A stretch of DNA of 64,000 nt from an uncultured Bacilli bacterium (GCA_934182615.1 CAKPRO010000009.1:5282-69281); one strand, 5' to 3'. Counted from the stretch's first letter, positions 9,426 through 20,122 are shown. The notes: generated from the letters alone by a model not told the origin. Translations and numbers: made by a program.

Positions 9426-10379
9426 CTAATATCTTACTCTTTTACCTATTGCTATTCTTCTTAATTTGCTTAATGTTTTAATTTCTTTTTGTCTTGCCCT
9501 TTCTTTTGTTATATCCATTAACTGTGCTGTCTCACTTAAATTATGACGATCATATTCACCAATACCAAACCTTCGCTTTATTAATTCTAATTCATCTTCA
9601 TTCAAACCATCTAATAATAAATTTATTGTTTGTGAATTATAATCTTCATCTATTATAGTTGTTTCCATATCTATTGGCAAAGATTCTTCTAATGTTTGAA
9701 TTGAATCTGTTAGTCCCCTATCAATTAATAAATATTTTAACTTATCCATCTTTGCTTTTGATAGCTTGCTACTATCTACTTCTGTTAGTGTGTTAGTGAT
9801 TGCTTCTAATAATGTATATATACTATATAAACAATAGTAGCCTGAAAAATATTTAAAAAAGTCTTCATTTTTATTTAGTTCTTTTTTTATAAAGTCTAGG
9901 TATTTATTATAGGTTACCTCTGGAGTTATTTCCTTTAACTTGATGTAGTTTATTAATATTTCAGCAAAATTTGTTGTATTTAAAACGACCATTTTTTCAA
10001 AAGAATACTTTGCTATTGGTAATTTATCTAATAGTTTCGTATAAAATAGACTATTATAGTTAAATATATTTGAATATTTATCTATTGATACAAGTATTTC
10101 GGCATCTATTAATTCTATCCATATCTCATAAATTGTACTTATCACATCATTCATATCGTATGATATTGTATTTGTAAAATAAACCTTATTTTTATTTATA
10201 AAATTTAATGGTACATATACCGTGTCTTCAATTAGTTTTTTTCTTTTTATTTCTTTTTCTTTAATATTTGATTCTTTTTTCATCTCAATGAATAATTCTT
10301 GAGCTTCTTTTAACTTTAGTTTACCTAGTGTTTTTACTTTTTCATTCCACATGTTTAATATTTTTATGTTCTCTTCCAT
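9426..10379 (-). CDS. Protein with C-terminal sigma-70 region-4-like HTH and an unrecognised N-terminal ~250 aa
   Basis: C-terminus LELIKRRFGIGEYDRHNLSETAQLMDITKERARQKEIKTLSKLRR matches the region 4.2 pattern. No region 2 seen. Confidence 0.55.
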   Translation of the reverse strand: MEENIKILNMWNEKVKTLGKLKLKEAQELFIEMKKESNIKEKEIKRKKLIEDTVYVPLNFINKNKVYFTNTISYDMNDVISTIYEIWIELIDAEILVSIDKYSNIFNYNSLFYTKLLDKLPIAKYSFEKMVVLNTTNFAEILINYIKLKEITPEVTYNKYLDFIKKELNKNEDFFKYFSGYYCLYSIYTLLEAITNTLTEVDSSKLSKAKMDKLKYLLIDRGLTDSIQTLEESLPIDMETTIIDEDYNSQTINLLLDGLNEDELELIKRRFGIGEYDRHNLSETAQLMDITKERARQKEIKTLSKLRRIAIGKRVRY

Positions 10380-10401
10380 TCTAATCCCCTTCTTTACTTT
10401 T

Positions 10402-11007
10402 TTATCTTGTTAATATTTTTCTTTTGATATATCTTCTACTATTTAATGAACAAAAGTATTTATCTCCTAATGTATCTTGAGTTAATTCTGTATCAGTATC
10501 CATTTTATCTGCTAATTTAGATAGAAGTTCTATTTTTGATTTTCTATCTCTATCATAAATGTTTCCATACATCCCTATACTTATATCATACATACCTGAA
10601 TTATGTATTTTATGCCAAGATGATACATCTTGATATGAATATGGATTATGAGTAATAAATAAATTTGTTTCCGCTAATGATATTGTTCTTGGAGTTGCTA
10701 TTAAAACATTTCTATCGGTTATTATTAGTTTTGAAGGTAATATACCTAATGTTATTCCATAAGGTGATACTATTTCCATATCTTTACTACTTATGCTATC
10801 ATATCTTCCTTTTCCCACTTCTGTTCCATCATATAATGATACATTAAGATATGAAAGATAATCTTTATACATTTTTGATGTCTGTCTATTTTGGACTATC
10901 CAGTTTATAAAATCTTCATTATCTTTCATTTCGGCAAAATTAATATTCTTTATTTCTCTAGCATTACAGTACTGACAAAATAATGCCTTTAAATATTCTT
11001 CTAACAT
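10402..11007 (-). CDS. Hypothetical protein (201 aa), first gene of the 3-gene operon
   Basis: ORF with tight spacing to the next gene. No motif recognised. Confidence 0.5.
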   Translation of the reverse strand: MLEEYLKALFCQYCNAREIKNINFAEMKDNEDFINWIVQNRQTSKMYKDYLSYLNVSLYDGTEVGKGRYDSISSKDMEIVSPYGITLGILPSKLIITDRNVLIATPRTISLAETNLFITHNPYSYQDVSSWHKIHNSGMYDISIGMYGNIYDRDRKSKIELLSKLADKMDTDTELTQDTLGDKYFCSLNSRRYIKRKILTR

Positions 11008-11138
11008 ATACTTTTTCCCCCTTCCAATGGCTTTTTTGTCAAAAGCACTAGTATTGTAACATAATTTATGATATAATTAATATACATATTATTTATATGT
11101 TATATAACTTTTGGTTATATTTTAGATGGAGGTTATTT

Positions 11139-12032
11139 ATGAATATTAACTTTGAATTATATAAAGTCTTTTATTATGTTGCTAAAAATAGTAGCATAAG
11201 TAGAGCCGCTAACGAGATGATGATAAGTCAACCTGCTATCAGTAAATCTATTAAAACATTAGAGGCGCAAGTTGGTACTCCACTATTTATTAGAAAGAGA
11301 GATGGAGTTATTTTATCAGAAGCAGGGGAAACTATTTATAATAAAATTAAAGATGCTGTTGAACTTATAGTTTCTGCTGAAAACGATTTAGATGCTTTAA
11401 CTAACATGGATACCGGTGTTATTAATATTGGAGCTAGTAGAACTATTCTTCATGAGTTTTTGATGCCATATATTAAAAGTTTTCATAAAAAATATCCTAA
11501 AGTTAATATTAGGATATTTACTGATAAAACTGATTTACTTCTTAAGAAGGCTAAAATGGGACTAATTGATGTTATTTTTACTAATATGCCATATAATATT
11601 CCAAATAATTTTGATAGTTTTAAATTAATTGATTTGCATGATTGTTTTGCTGCGAATGAAACATTTAAGTATTTGAAAGATAGAACTATCACTAAGAATG
11701 ACTTTGAGAAACTTCCTTTACTAGTTTTAACTAAAGGTGCTTCTACTAGAATTAGACTTGATGAATATTGTACCGATAATAATATTGTTATTAATCCGGA
11801 GATGGAGTTTGGTAGTAATACTTTAATTAAAGATTTTACACTAGCAGGCTTTGGTATTGGTATGCTTACTGAAGAACATATCAAAGATGAACTTGAAGAT
11901 GGTACCTTATTTAAACTTGATATTGAATTACCACTCAAAGAAAAATATTTAGGTATGATTTATAACTGCGGTAGCATTGGATATATTAGTAAGAATTTTA
12001 TTAAATATATAAAAGAGGCGATAACTGAATAG
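11139..12032 (+). CDS. LysR-family transcriptional regulator
   Basis: N-terminal HTH FYYVAKNSSISRAANEMMISQPAISKSIKTLE, followed by a substrate-binding-type domain. Start at the ATG after SD tggagg. Confidence 0.85.
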   Translation: MNINFELYKVFYYVAKNSSISRAANEMMISQPAISKSIKTLEAQVGTPLFIRKRDGVILSEAGETIYNKIKDAVELIVSAENDLDALTNMDTGVINIGASRTILHEFLMPYIKSFHKKYPKVNIRIFTDKTDLLLKKAKMGLIDVIFTNMPYNIPNNFDSFKLIDLHDCFAANETFKYLKDRTITKNDFEKLPLLVLTKGASTRIRLDEYCTDNNIVINPEMEFGSNTLIKDFTLAGFGIGMLTEEHIKDELEDGTLFKLDIELPLKEKYLGMIYNCGSIGYISKNFIKYIKEAITE

Positions 12033-12033
12033 T

Positions 12034-13740
12034 TTATCGTCTCTTTTGATTGCTTGTAGTTATTAATTCTTCTAAATTTGTTTTTAATATTTGTTCAATT
12101 TCCTGCTGGATGCTAAATTCTAATTCTATTGCTTCTTCGGATACTTTAGCAGGCAGTCCTAAACTTGAAGATGTAGTTAGGTGTGCTAAAGCTTGCTCTT
12201 CAGGGGTAAATTGTCTATCTTCGTTTTCATTCATTATTCTCTTAACTACTTGACAGCCATCATTATCTCCAAAGATTTTTCTATATTTTTGTAATGTCAA
12301 TAATTTTTCATTATCTTTTCCTACTTTTATATTTTCGGCTTTTCCTGTTATTAATGTATCTGGAACATACATTCCTGTCTTATCATCTAGTAGAAAGCCA
12401 CTGAAAATAAAATCTTTAGATTGTTTTTTTGTTAGAATCAAATCATTTAATATACCAGTTATTGTTAGTTTCTTATTTATAAAATCTTGACCATATCTAG
12501 TTGCTGCTATTGTAGCATATTCTTCATTTGGTTTTTCTAAATAGTGACCTTCTTTTAGTTTTACTAAACAGAAACATGTTTTAAAATAGTCTCCTCGCAT
12601 AAATGAGCTTGTTTTTAGTATTATTTTTCCCCAAGGTAACATTTGATATACTTTACCATTTTCTTCTATTAATCCACCTTCGGCTATTATATATTTTTGA
12701 TTTTTTATCAATGCTAATAATACTTTATCTGCTCCTGCTGATTCACTTAAACCTAGAACTTTTCTTACTTTTTCTGATAAATATTCGGCTCTTGGTATTC
12801 CTAATATATGAGGTATTCTTTTTGTATCTAGAACATATTTAAATGGAAATATAGTACCATCTACTAGTTCCACATCATTTTCTATTGCTTTGTTATTACC
12901 ATCTAAATAATATTTTTGATATGTGTCATAGCATAAATTTAGATTATCAAAAAGATTACCTATTAATTCTTTCATTATATCATCTCTGCTTCTAGTTTCT
13001 AAAGCAGCAGAATATCCAGGATAACTTTTAAGAAAAATTTTATTTTTTTCTAATCTGTTTTCTTCACTTCTTGGTTCTGGTATCTTTCCTCCGATAGTAA
13101 ATACTTGTTTTTGTTCTTTTATTTTCCGATTTTTTTCTTCCTCAGTCATATCTGGAGTTATTTTTATTCTAGGTATTTCTTTAAAGTGATATGTGCCTTT
13201 TTCTTTAGACTGTGCTAAAATGGCGTTCCTATTACTTGCTTCTTCTTTTACTATATTTGAGCCTTTAGCAGCTTCAATTAAGTTTATTAGTGAGATATCA
13301 TCAAAAGTAAATCTCTTACTGAGCATCATTGCCTTTCCTTCTATATCACTCATAATTTTATCTTGTAATTCTATTGGATAATTATTTAATTTGCAATATC
13401 TTTCAAAAACTAATTTTATTTTATCTATATCTTCAGAGGCCAATGTCATTTCTATGTTCTTACCAAAATATTTTAAACATATATTGTTTATTATTGTAGA
13501 GCTTATTCGATTATAACTATCTACAATGTAGTTTTCTATGGCTTTTATTGCAATCATCATATTTACATCATCAGTATAAACAATCTTATATTCATCTAAT
13601 TTAGTCATAATATCATTAAAATTATTAGTTATTTCGTTTTCTATTTTTTTAACATCTAATAATGACATGCCAAATATGTCTTTTAATATTTCTCCAATTA
13701 AATACTTGTTATCAATATCCATATTACCCTCCTCTATCAT
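12034..13740 (-). CDS. Hypothetical protein (568 aa)
   Basis: Long ORF. Its stop abuts the LysR stop with a 1-nt gap. No confident motif. Confidence 0.6.
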   Translation of the reverse strand: MIEEGNMDIDNKYLIGEILKDIFGMSLLDVKKIENEITNNFNDIMTKLDEYKIVYTDDVNMMIAIKAIENYIVDSYNRISSTIINNICLKYFGKNIEMTLASEDIDKIKLVFERYCKLNNYPIELQDKIMSDIEGKAMMLSKRFTFDDISLINLIEAAKGSNIVKEEASNRNAILAQSKEKGTYHFKEIPRIKITPDMTEEEKNRKIKEQKQVFTIGGKIPEPRSEENRLEKNKIFLKSYPGYSAALETRSRDDIMKELIGNLFDNLNLCYDTYQKYYLDGNNKAIENDVELVDGTIFPFKYVLDTKRIPHILGIPRAEYLSEKVRKVLGLSESAGADKVLLALIKNQKYIIAEGGLIEENGKVYQMLPWGKIILKTSSFMRGDYFKTCFCLVKLKEGHYLEKPNEEYATIAATRYGQDFINKKLTITGILNDLILTKKQSKDFIFSGFLLDDKTGMYVPDTLITGKAENIKVGKDNEKLLTLQKYRKIFGDNDGCQVVKRIMNENEDRQFTPEEQALAHLTTSSSLGLPAKVSEEAIELEFSIQQEIEQILKTNLEELITTSNQKRR

Positions 13741-13860
13741 TAATTTAAGTATATCATAATTTTAATAATTTATATGTTGTATTTAATTATTTTTACAGTA
13801 TTTTGACATTTTATATGTAATTTGTTATTACTTATATATAATACAACATAATATTTTTAA

Positions 13861-13915
13861 TTTAGAGACTATATAATAGGCTCTAAATTACCTCTTAAGA
13901 CCTAGGCTTAAGAGG
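13861..13915 (+). repeat. Tandem AGAC...GGCT hairpin pair (copy c)
   Basis: Hairpins tttagAGACtatataataGGCTctaaa and cctcttaAGACctaGGCTtaagagg, directly 3' of the VanZ gene. Confidence 0.75.
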
Positions 13916-13942
13916 ATAAAGAAAAAAATAACATAGAATATA

Positions 13943-15034
13943 TTAATCTACATTATTTACTTTTATAGTACTTACATACTTTATATTTAATACTTTGTCA
14001 TATAGTAATTGTTTATTTTTTAATAATTTTATAAAACTATATATATAGAAAATTATAAATATTATAAATGTATTTAATCCTATTATTACTAATAGATAAT
14101 TAGGTATATTTTTAGCTAATAATACTTCTAGATGTATCACTAGTGAAAATATTCCATAGTAGTATAGATAGATAAAGATATTTCTTAAAGTTATTCTAAG
14201 TAATCTCTTATCTGGTACTTCTAATGATACATTTATTATTTTTCCAAAGATAGTTTGGTTATGATTAAAATATGGAATGATAATAAAGTAAAGAACCGCT
14301 AGTGAAAGATTTATATATTTATTATTTATTAAAAATGATACTAGCATTATCATTAGTAGATAGATAAAGATATCTCCTATAAAGAGTGTTATTCTTCTTA
14401 AGGAAGATACTTTTTGTCCTTCTTTTAATGATTTGGTATCGATATCTTCTCTTGTTGGTAAATGTTTTTGGATAGGACTTATTATTAAATATCCCAGAAG
14501 ACCTCCTAGTGTGTTTATTAATAGGTCATCCACATCAAAATTACGATATGCTCTAGGATAGATATAATATAGTCCTGTTAACTGAGTTAATTCAAAGAAT
14601 AGTGATATTAAGAAACTTATAATTATTGTTTTCTTTAATGAACATTTATAGTAGTATCTTAGATAGACTCCTAATGGCATAAACATTATTATATTAAAGA
14701 TAACAGTATATATACTAGGTATAGTTATTATTTTTAGAATGTTTATTTGTTTTAATTCTATTAGGTCCTCTACTATATCTTTTATGAATGTTAATGGAAT
14801 TAACTGAGGATTAATCACTTTCATTTTGATTACTTCTTCTTTGGTTGGAAGAGGTAATATTACTAAAAAGTAGATTGTTATTAGATATAAGATAAAGGAA
14901 TATATTATTAAAGTTCTTAATTTGTTTACTGATCCATAATGATGATATTCATATATTATATATGGTAATGTTATTAATAAGGCTAAAAAAGGAAAGATTA
15001 TTAAAGCTGTTTTTATTGGTACTAAATAGCTCAT
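13943..15034 (-). CDS. VanZ-family membrane protein with an extra C-terminal TM region
   Basis: FELTQL...FDVDDLLINTLGGLLGY VanZ-type motif. Multiple hydrophobic segments. Confidence 0.7.
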   Translation of the reverse strand: MSYLVPIKTALIIFPFLALLITLPYIIYEYHHYGSVNKLRTLIIYSFILYLITIYFLVILPLPTKEEVIKMKVINPQLIPLTFIKDIVEDLIELKQINILKIITIPSIYTVIFNIIMFMPLGVYLRYYYKCSLKKTIIISFLISLFFELTQLTGLYYIYPRAYRNFDVDDLLINTLGGLLGYLIISPIQKHLPTREDIDTKSLKEGQKVSSLRRITLFIGDIFIYLLMIMLVSFLINNKYINLSLAVLYFIIIPYFNHNQTIFGKIINVSLEVPDKRLLRITLRNIFIYLYYYGIFSLVIHLEVLLAKNIPNYLLVIIGLNTFIIFIIFYIYSFIKLLKNKQLLYDKVLNIKYVSTIKVNNVD

Positions 15035-15035
15035 C

Positions 15036-17099
15036 TTATCTCTCCTTTATTATGGTTTTACTACAGTAGTACGTTACTAAGAAATATCCTCCATAGATTA
15101 CTACTAGAAATACTGCTGTTAATATTATTGATGATAATAATGATTCTGTTCCCATTGTTTTTAAGATATAGTTAGCAAACTCTATTCCAAATATTGAGTG
15201 AATTATAGCTAGTAATAATGGGAATAGGAAGAATACTGCTATCTGTTTAAATAAGGCTTTGTTAATCATTTTCTCATCAGTTCCTATTTTTCTTAACATA
15301 TTAAATCTTTCTTTATTATCAGTACTTTCTGATAATTCTTTTAAGGCTAAGATGGCCGCACTTGATATTAAGAAAATTATTCCTAGATATAGTCCTACAA
15401 ATGTTACCATGGCTCCTAGTCCTATGGATGATGCATAGATATCTATTTTAGTATTATATGATAATAAGGTATCTTTGTTAAAATGGTTATTTATTATAGT
15501 ACTAACTATATCTTCAACATTTTCTTTTTCTTCTTTAGTGTCTGCTTGATAGTTAGCTGCTAAAATATTTTTATATGGATGAATACCTTCTAAGGCATTA
15601 TCTGGTAATATTATTACTCCTGTATTAGTAGCACTTCCACTTAGTTCGATAATGCCATCTTGACATTCTTGATATTTTGGATAGTAGTTTTTACTATTTA
15701 TAGTTAGTTTGGTATTATTTTTTAAGGCTATATTTCGAATGTCCGCCATCATCTTATAGTTAGATATAATTACATATTCATTATCTTTTAGAGTTAATTC
15801 TTTTTTGTTATATAGTTTTGCTAGACGATTGTAGTCACTTAATTTTACTAAGTCTTCTCTTACGTTATAAGCTAGTGTGGGATAATCTTTTCCTATTTGT
15901 TCTATTTGGTCTCCAAAAGAATCTTTTAGGGTTATTTCTTCTACTCGATATGTATTTATATCTACTACATCTTTTAGATACTTGTATACATCTAATCTTT
16001 GTAAGGTATCTTTGACAGTGGTGTTATAATCCTCTATTATCTCTTTTGAAAAGTTTTCTTGTTCTTCTTTAGATAATGGTTCTTGTAATTTTGAGAACTG
16101 AATATCAACAGGTGCTAAATCTTTTAGATTACCTGATAGAGAGTTTTTTATAGATAATGCTGATGAAAAGATACATATAGTAAAGAATAGCATTAGGCAT
16201 ATTATTGTCATTGAAAAGACAGTGGTATTTATTTTGCTACTTATTTGACGAACGGTAAAACTATTTAGTCCTTTATAGTAGTATTTTTTTAGATGCATTA
16301 CTATCTTTAGAATTAGACCTGATAGTGACCAAAATATTAGAAATGTTGATACGCATCCTAGGGCTATAGGCAACAATATTCCTCTTATGGTATTCATTAG
16401 TGGTGAAGAGCTAAATCCATCTGTTACTAGATAGTAAGCGTATGATAGTGCTATAACAGCAATTATGAATACTATAGTGCAAATGATAGGATTTTTTAAT
16501 TTTACTTTTTCGGATTTTTTATTACCATGTAATAGATCTATTAGTTTACATTTATTTACAATTATGGTGTTAAATATCATTACTATTAGATACATTATGC
16601 TAAAGTATAATAAGGTTTTTAGGGCCGCTGATGATGAAAATGTAAACTGGAATTTTGTTAAGTCGGCTTCAAACATATTGGCTACTAAGATACTCATTAG
16701 TTGTGATAAAACTATTCCTAGGGCTAAGCCAACTCCTAAAGAGATAACTCCTATTATAAGAGTTTCAAAGAAAAGGATTAGAGATATTTTTCTTTTGGAC
16801 ATTCCTAAGGTTAAGTAGATTCCAAATTCTTTGTTTCTTCTTTTTATGAGAAAACGACTGGCATAGATTATTAGAAATCCTAGAATGAATGAAACAAAGA
16901 CACTTACTCCTCCTAGGATGGTTGTCATTAGTCTTATTATTTCACTTGTTGATGATGATACATTTAGCATTACTGTTTGACTATCTATGGCATTGAAGAC
17001 GTAGAAGATGGCTACTCCTAGTACTAGGGTAAAGAAATAGATGGCATAATCTTTGATACTTTTGGTTATGTTTTTTATAGACAATTTAAAGAGCATCAT
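15036..17099 (-). CDS. BceB-type ABC permease (FtsX-like, large extracellular loop)
   Basis: 687 aa with multiple TM segments either side of a ~200-aa hydrophilic loop. Overlaps the ATPase gene. Confidence 0.85.
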   Translation of the reverse strand: MMLFKLSIKNITKSIKDYAIYFFTLVLGVAIFYVFNAIDSQTVMLNVSSSTSEIIRLMTTILGGVSVFVSFILGFLIIYASRFLIKRRNKEFGIYLTLGMSKRKISLILFFETLIIGVISLGVGLALGIVLSQLMSILVANMFEADLTKFQFTFSSSAALKTLLYFSIMYLIVMIFNTIIVNKCKLIDLLHGNKKSEKVKLKNPIICTIVFIIAVIALSYAYYLVTDGFSSSPLMNTIRGILLPIALGCVSTFLIFWSLSGLILKIVMHLKKYYYKGLNSFTVRQISSKINTTVFSMTIICLMLFFTICIFSSALSIKNSLSGNLKDLAPVDIQFSKLQEPLSKEEQENFSKEIIEDYNTTVKDTLQRLDVYKYLKDVVDINTYRVEEITLKDSFGDQIEQIGKDYPTLAYNVREDLVKLSDYNRLAKLYNKKELTLKDNEYVIISNYKMMADIRNIALKNNTKLTINSKNYYPKYQECQDGIIELSGSATNTGVIILPDNALEGIHPYKNILAANYQADTKEEKENVEDIVSTIINNHFNKDTLLSYNTKIDIYASSIGLGAMVTFVGLYLGIIFLISSAAILALKELSESTDNKERFNMLRKIGTDEKMINKALFKQIAVFFLFPLLLAIIHSIFGIEFANYILKTMGTESLLSSIILTAVFLVVIYGGYFLVTYYCSKTIIKER

Positions 17100-17853
17100 T
17101 TATGTCTCCTCCTAGTAAGGTTACGACATCTATTATTTTATCAAAGAATTCTTTTCTGGTATCATTTCCTTTACGAATTTCGTTATATATTTTACCATCT
17201 TTTATGAAGATTATTCTAGTAGCGTAACTTGCGGCATAAGCGTCATGAGTTACCATTAGAATAGTGGCTCCTAAAGCATTATTTAGGTAGGTTAGTTTTT
17301 CTAGAAGCATTTTTGATGACTTAGAGTCTAGGGCTCCAGTTGGCTCGTCTGCGAGTACTAAGCATGGATTTGTTATTATGGCACGAGCTGCTGCTACTCT
17401 TTGTTTTTGTCCTCCACTCATTTGGTAAGGATATTTTTTTAGTACTGATTCGATATCTAGTTCTTTTGCTACTTTCTTTATTCTTTTATCTATTTCTTTG
17501 GGACTTACATTTTGAATTGATAAGGCTAGTGCTATATTTTCATAGGCTGTTAAGGTATCTAATAAATTGAAGTCTTGAAAGATGAAACCTAAGTCTTCTC
17601 TTCTAAACTTGTTTAAATCATTTCCTTTTAGTTTTGTTATGTCAGTTCCTCCTACGAAAATATGTCCGGCGGTTACTTTATCAATTGTGGATATGCAGTT
17701 TAGTAATGTTGTTTTACCTGAACCTGAAGAACCCATGATAGCGACAAACTCTCCTTTTTCTACTTCAAATGATATGTTATCTATGGCTTTAGTTAAACTT
17801 GATTTACTTCCATAGTATTTTTCAATATTTTCTATTTTTAGTATATTTTCCAT
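17086..17853 (-). CDS. BceA-type ABC ATPase
   Basis: Walker [10 protein letters not shown], signature MSGGQKQR, Walker B LVLADEPT. Confidence 0.9.
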   Translation of the reverse strand: MENILKIENIEKYYGSKSSLTKAIDNISFEVEKGEFVAIMGSSGSGKTTLLNCISTIDKVTAGHIFVGGTDITKLKGNDLNKFRREDLGFIFQDFNLLDTLTAYENIALALSIQNVSPKEIDKRIKKVAKELDIESVLKKYPYQMSGGQKQRVAAARAIITNPCLVLADEPTGALDSKSSKMLLEKLTYLNNALGATILMVTHDAYAASYATRIIFIKDGKIYNEIRKGNDTRKEFFDKIIDVVTLLGGDINDAL

Positions 17854-17943
17854 ATTATTTTCCTTCCTTTCGTAATTAATAATACTAGATAATAGGATAT
17901 TTGTCGTAAGTTTAATATTACAGTATATTACTTTTTTGTAAGG

Positions 17944-18963
17944 TTAGTCTTCTGGGTGATAAAGTTTATTTTTACCAAAGGTTATTTTGACAATGGTATA
18001 TTCTTTTTCTTCAGATTCTATCTCTATTTTATGGCCTAGTTTGGTACATAATTTTTTGGCTATGTATAGACCCATGCCTGTTGATTTAATTTTATCTCTG
18101 CCATTAGTACCGGTAAATGATTTTTTGAAAACATTTGGGATATCACTTTTTGGTATGCCAATACCGTTATCTTTGATAAATAAGGTTATTTGACTATTAT
18201 CTTCAGTAGCTTTTATTTGGATATAGGAGTTTGGAATATCTTTTTTGTATTTGATGCTGTTATTGATAATTTGATTTAAAATGAATTCTAACCATTTGGT
18301 ATCGGTATAGACTTCGGTATTTTTTATATCGACGATTAGGTCAATTTTATTTTCTAAGAGGTCATCTTTATTTTTAAGGGCTACTGATGAGATTATTTTT
18401 TCTAGTTTTACTTTTTTGAAGATAAAGTCTTCACTGGTATAGTTACTTCTTACATAATAGAGGATTTGGTCGATGTAGTTATCTAGTCTTTTTATTTCTT
18501 CAATGTATTCTTTTGGTACTTGATTTTTATGATTATGGGTCATAAGTATTAGACTTGATATTGGTATTTTTACTTCATGTATCCACATCTCAATATAATC
18601 TTTGAAGTCTTTGGTGCTATTTATGTAACTACTGACATTTTCAATCATTGATTTGTTTATGTCGCACATGACGTTATATATTAATTCTTCTTCGTAAGTA
18701 TTTGGTTTTGGTATGGTTTCTAGGACTAGGTATTTTTTATCTAGATTTTCGGTATTGGTTATGATGGTGTTATAGAAGGTTCTTTTTTGGAAATATGATA
18801 TTAAGAGGGCTATGATTAGTGTTAGTAGTAGTAATACTATGGTTACTATTATTAGTCCCTCTGGTACTTTGAAGGCTATGTCTAATAGGGTTATTAGAAT
18901 TATTGATATGATAGTGATAATGATTATGGTTATTTTATCTTTTAGATAGTTTGTTAATTTCAT
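17944..18963 (-). CDS. BceS-like intramembrane-sensing histidine kinase
   Basis: Two N-terminal TM segments with almost no loop, H-box HEVKIPIS, and a G-box DNGIGI...GMGLYIAKK. Confidence 0.85.
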   Translation of the reverse strand: MKLTNYLKDKITIIIITIISIILITLLDIAFKVPEGLIIVTIVLLLLTLIIALLISYFQKRTFYNTIITNTENLDKKYLVLETIPKPNTYEEELIYNVMCDINKSMIENVSSYINSTKDFKDYIEMWIHEVKIPISSLILMTHNHKNQVPKEYIEEIKRLDNYIDQILYYVRSNYTSEDFIFKKVKLEKIISSVALKNKDDLLENKIDLIVDIKNTEVYTDTKWLEFILNQIINNSIKYKKDIPNSYIQIKATEDNSQITLFIKDNGIGIPKSDIPNVFKKSFTGTNGRDKIKSTGMGLYIAKKLCTKLGHKIEIESEEKEYTIVKITFGKNKLYHPED

Positions 18964-19622
18964 AATAGTATATATCCTTGTCCTTTTCTTGTTTCTATGG
19001 CATTTGGATAACCAAAGTCCTCTAGTTTACTTCTTAGTCTACTTATATTTACGGTTAGTGCATTATCATTTATGTATTCTTCATTATTCCAAAGGATGGT
19101 CATTAATTCATCTCTTGATACAATTCTGTTTTGGTTATTTAATAAGTGCTGAAAGATTAACATTTCATTTTTGGTTAGTTCTAATTCTTTATTATTACCT
19201 GATAAGGTACCACGTGAGGGCGATACTTCTAAATCTTTATATTTCAGTACTTCAGTACTATTATCTAATCTTTTAAAGATATTTTGTATTCTTAGTAATA
19301 GAATGGTTGGGCTATAAGGCTTGGTTATGTAATCGTCTGCTCCATAAGAGATTGATAATATTTCATCGGTTTCATTTGCTCTTGAGGTTACCATTATTAC
19401 GGGAATATTTGATTCTTTCCTTATTTCTTTAAGTAACTGCTCACCATTTTGATATGGTATATTTATATCTAAGAGAATTAGATCTATATTACTTTTTAAT
19501 ACTTCTTCTTTGGCATTTGTGAAGTCTTTTAGTATTAATGCTTCATAGCCAGCATTTACTAGTAGTTCATATAATTCTTTAGATATTATGGTATCATCTT
19601 CAATTATCATTATCTTTTTCAT
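18960..19622 (-). CDS. OmpR-family response regulator (BceR-like)
   Basis: Receiver domain (IIEDD...LDINIP...GADDYITKP) plus winged helix (LTKNE...LTVNISRLRSKL). Overlaps the kinase gene. Confidence 0.9.
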   Translation of the reverse strand: MKKIMIIEDDTIISKELYELLVNAGYEALILKDFTNAKEEVLKSNIDLILLDINIPYQNGEQLLKEIRKESNIPVIMVTSRANETDEILSISYGADDYITKPYSPTILLLRIQNIFKRLDNSTEVLKYKDLEVSPSRGTLSGNNKELELTKNEMLIFQHLLNNQNRIVSRDELMTILWNNEEYINDNALTVNISRLRSKLEDFGYPNAIETRKGQGYILL

Positions 19623-19935
19623 ATATTATACTTCCTTCTTTCTATAGTTATATTATATCATTGTTTTAATTGGTTTTATATTACAAGTTTGTAAGGTAGA
19701 AGAAAAAGACTTAGTACATCTTTGTGATGTGGGTAAGTCTTTGGTTTTTGTGAGAAGTCCGTAATGCACAAATCATATCTATCTGATTTTTTACTATTCT
19801 GTCCTTTCAAAATTAACTTTTTAAAATATGTAGTTAAAAAAGTATAATTTTGTATAATAAAATTCAACATAATTTTGCATATAAACTGTACAAATAGTAT
19901 AAAACAATACTTTGTCTACATAAATATATATTTTT

Positions 19936-20076
19936 TTAATCAAGATCCTTTGGCGTTTCGGATAATTCAGAATTTAATATTTCATAAAATCTTTCTCCAA
20001 ACGGTGTTATGTTATCTTTTTTATTATTGTCTTGAGTATCTTTAAATGCTTTTATTAAGTTTCGTATTAAACACAT
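19936..20076 (-). CDS. Small ORF, 46 aa (MCLIRNLIKAFKDTQDNNKKDN...), paralogue of 29668-29847; may be a remnant
   Basis: Below the ORF-track cutoff; translated by hand. The N-terminal ~21 aa are shared with the second copy. No clear SD here. Confidence 0.3.
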   Translation of the reverse strand: MCLIRNLIKAFKDTQDNNKKDNITPFGERFYEILNSELSETPKDLD

Positions 20077-20122
20077 AGTCTCGTCAACTCTGAATTTTAG
20101 TTACCTATATTAAATTTTTATG

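Noticed and set aside
11483-11938. Long antisense ORFs inside real genes (11483-11938, 16465-16818, 36090-36488, 38176-38520, 41990-42382, 59371-59721, 61449-61793 and similar)
   Set aside because: Each lies opposite or out of frame within a gene that has clear family motifs. They show the Leu/Phe/Ser/Ile-rich composition typical of shadow ORFs in AT-rich DNA.
19676-19870. 64-aa minus-strand ORF from the track
   Set aside because: It has no SD and an odd composition. It lies in the intergenic space between the Bce module and the junction remnant.
19858-19880. 17-nt match (ataattttgcataTaaac vs ataattttgcataGaaac at 25458-25475) as a target-site duplication of the retron/RM block
   Set aside because: It lies outside the exact junction break points (20082/25636). 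Its order relative to a second shared word (ttaatcaaga) is inverted between the two sites. It is plausibly chance in AT-rich DNA.
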